The translations under genes and the position numbers were made by a program. From Candidatus Saccharimonadia bacterium (GTDB taxonomy: Bacteria > Patescibacteriota > Saccharimonadia > UBA4664): a stretch of DNA of 64,000 nucleotides. Within the stretch, counting starts at the first letter, position 1. Each line of letters starts with the position of its first letter. The stretch spans positions 69,183 through 133,182 of the forward strand of contig JBGTMQ010000008.1 of assembly GCA_041743505.1 (NCBI GenBank), given 5' to 3'. Of this stretch, positions 62,233 through 64,000 are shown one piece after another. The notes under the pieces are model-generated. The model did no database searches. It was not told the origin of the DNA and saw nothing but the letters and a program-made list of their open reading frames with translations.

Positions 62233-62625
62233 TTACACCGTCCTGCGACTCGAAACCGTCATTTGCCTTATCTTGCGCAGCACCTCACTCGGGGTAACAC
62301 GACCCTTAACAAGATAATCAGAAGCCCCTAGCTTCAAAGCTTTTTGCAGCTCATTGGATTCGCTCAAAACCGAAAAAATCAGTATTGGCGGGTGGCTTGT
62401 TTTATAACCGTTCTGGAGCTCCACAATACTGCTTGCACCGGCTCCAGGTTGATGTGTCAAGTCTAAAATTACCAAATTAATTTTGTAGCGCCGTATCATA
62501 GAGATAGCCTGAAGAGCAGTCGGTGTAGCCATCACCCGATAACCAGCCTCCTCCAGCAGAATCCCATATTTATCCAGAAATGATTGGTCGGCGTCGACGA
62601 AAAGCACAGTTAAGCGGGTCGCCAT
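62233..62625 (-). CDS. stand-alone response-regulator receiver (CheY-like) domain protein
   Basis: VLFVDAD, LVILDLTH (phosphoacceptor Asp), ILIFSVLS, KLGASDYLVKG. 130 aa. Confidence 0.8.
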   Translation of the reverse strand: MATRLTVLFVDADQSFLDKYGILLEEAGYRVMATPTALQAISMIRRYKINLVILDLTHQPGAGASSIVELQNGYKTSHPPILIFSVLSESNELQKALKLGASDYLVKGRVTPSEVLRKIRQMTVSSRRTV

Positions 62626-62755
62626 TGTGCTTGTTTCCCCGTTCTAGTCTGCTGGTTCTGCTGATTATGCCCCATGACCCGCGCTCCTGGTAACGCGTTA
62701 GTTACTGGGAAGTAACAGTACTACCTAGAGATTACCACAGTAAGGTTAGGTAGCG

Positions 62756-64000
62756 CTACGGCGTTAGCCTGTTAATATCCCGCGGGAACAGCGTGGCCTC
62801 TTTAATGTTATGCAAGCCCACAACCTTCTGCGCCAGACGGTCGATACCAAATCCGCAACCTCCATGAGGTGGCAACCCGTACTTAAAAGCCTGCAAATAA
62901 TACTTGTACCCCGGATGCTCCGGGTCCATGCCCTTAGCCTTCATTTGCTCTACTAACTTGTCATAGTGGTGCTCCCGTTGCGGACAGGTCGCAATCTCAA
63001 CACCCCGAAACAACAAATCTGCCCACATAACCGTTTGCGGATTATCCGGGTTAACCATGTGATAGAACTTCATGCTCTCAATAGGGAACTCGGTCACAAA
63101 CACCGCCTCACTGCCATCATGATCTTTCGCATACTCGCATAACCAGCGCTCTTCGTCCGGCCGCATATCTTTTTCACCAATGGTTGAGGTACCGGTAGCC
63201 TTCGTATACATCTCATGGACCTGGGCTACCGTATAACGCGGAAACTGCGGCTTGAGCACCAATTCGGGCGCGTTCAAGGCCTTCAGCTCCTCCCTGTGAT
63301 CCTCGTATGCCCTCGTAACAGCCGAGTACACCATACACTGGACGGTATCCAAAACGTCGTCAAGACTTTCAATAAAGCCCATCTCAATATCAAGCATGGT
63401 TACTTCGCTCATATGACGGGTGGTAGCGCTGGGCTCAGCCCTAAAGGCCGGACCAATCTCATACACCCGCTCAAACGCACCCACCATCATTTGCTTGTAC
63501 AGTTGTGGGCTTTGAGCCAGCGTCGCCTCTTGACCAAAATAATCCAACTTGAAAACTTCCGCACCGCCCTCAGTTGCGCCGGCCAGCAACTTTGGTGTCT
63601 GAATTTCCACAAAATCATGCTCGGTCAAAAACTCCCGGATGTAACGGTTAAGCCCCGCCCGGATCCGAAAAATCGACCGCTCCTGCAAGTTGCGCACATT
63701 AGTCGCCCGGTTCTCAAACAGCGTGTCCAAATTCTCGCTCTTGTGGTCAATCGGCTTATCAATCTCAATCGGTGGCACATCGTGCACCGGCGTAATAATG
63801 ACTATTTTTGGCTCATGCATTTCCACGCCACCGACAGCCCGCGGCTCAGACACAACACTACCGTGAATCTCCAATACAGTCCCTGGATACAACCCCTCAA
63901 GCTTGGCCTGCTCAGATTCATCCTTAACCACAGCCTGCACCACGCCATGACGGTCGCGCAGCACTACGAACACCATACCTCCAAGGTCACGCCGCTTGTG
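62756..64000 (-). CDS. class IIb aminoacyl-tRNA synthetase, asparaginyl- or aspartyl-tRNA synthetase, partial (N-terminus beyond window end)
   Basis: Motif 2 FRAEPSATTRHMSEVTMLDIEM, motif 3 GGCGFGIDRLAQ, OB-fold ...RDLGGMVFVVLRD running off the window end. Confidence 0.85.
   Translation of the reverse strand, partial: HKRRDLGGMVFVVLRDRHGVVQAVVKDESEQAKLEGLYPGTVLEIHGSVVSEPRAVGGVEMHEPKIVIITPVHDVPPIEIDKPIDHKSENLDTLFENRATNVRNLQERSIFRIRAGLNRYIREFLTEHDFVEIQTPKLLAGATEGGAEVFKLDYFGQEATLAQSPQLYKQMMVGAFERVYEIGPAFRAEPSATTRHMSEVTMLDIEMGFIESLDDVLDTVQCMVYSAVTRAYEDHREELKALNAPELVLKPQFPRYTVAQVHEMYTKATGTSTIGEKDMRPDEERWLCEYAKDHDGSEAVFVTEFPIESMKFYHMVNPDNPQTVMWADLLFRGVEIATCPQREHHYDKLVEQMKAKGMDPEHPGYKYYLQAFKYGLPPHGGCGFGIDRLAQKVVGLHNIKEATLFPRDINRLTP

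Overview
This 64-kb bacterial window is best read in three parts. (1) Positions 1-9.3 kb carry housekeeping and metabolic genes: an ABC-F ATPase, a PP2C-like/APH-like kinase pair, a Mur ligase, GTP-PEPCK and a glutamate-dehydrogenase-family enzyme. (2) Positions 9.3-37 kb hold a long ribosomal superoperon, fusA-tuf ... rpsJ ... rplC through rpsI. It lacks rpmD (L30), adk and map. That pattern is what has been reported for Candidate Phyla Radiation/Patescibacteria-type genomes; the lineage call is an inference. The cluster is interrupted in unusual ways: a ~0.8-kb (747-nt) GC-rich hairpin-dense non-coding element lies between fusA and tuf, three genes including a stand-alone RNAP alpha-CTD-like protein lie between tuf and rpsJ, and a ~6.9-kb insert (RarA, DJ-1/PfpI, DinB-like and a lipoprotein) separates rpsJ from rplC. 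(3) Housekeeping genes at 37-40.3 kb (RCK channel, RluA, holB), a TPR protein and a tRNA cluster (Thr, Tyr, Thr, PspC-domain peptide, rpmG, Trp) at 40.3-44 kb are followed at ~44-55.8 kb by a visibly lower-GC island starting right after tRNA-Trp. Its core is a 2354-aa polymorphic toxin with three PA14 domains, RHS/YD repeats and a C-terminal glycine-zipper domain. Downstream are a start-less orphan toxin C-terminal cassette and an array of six small two-TM proteins; four or five share CxCG...GHxLLCxLRR motifs and are putative immunity proteins. One of these is broken by an A9 homopolymer frameshift. After the island come a highly divergent sigma-70 with insertions, a radical-SAM/SPASM enzyme with no adjacent precursor peptide, an M20 peptidase, a membrane-anchored GH6 cellulase-like protein, an ATP-grasp-like protein, an orphan receiver domain and a partial class-IIb Asn/Asp-tRNA synthetase. 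No CRISPR array, rRNA or IS element was recognised.
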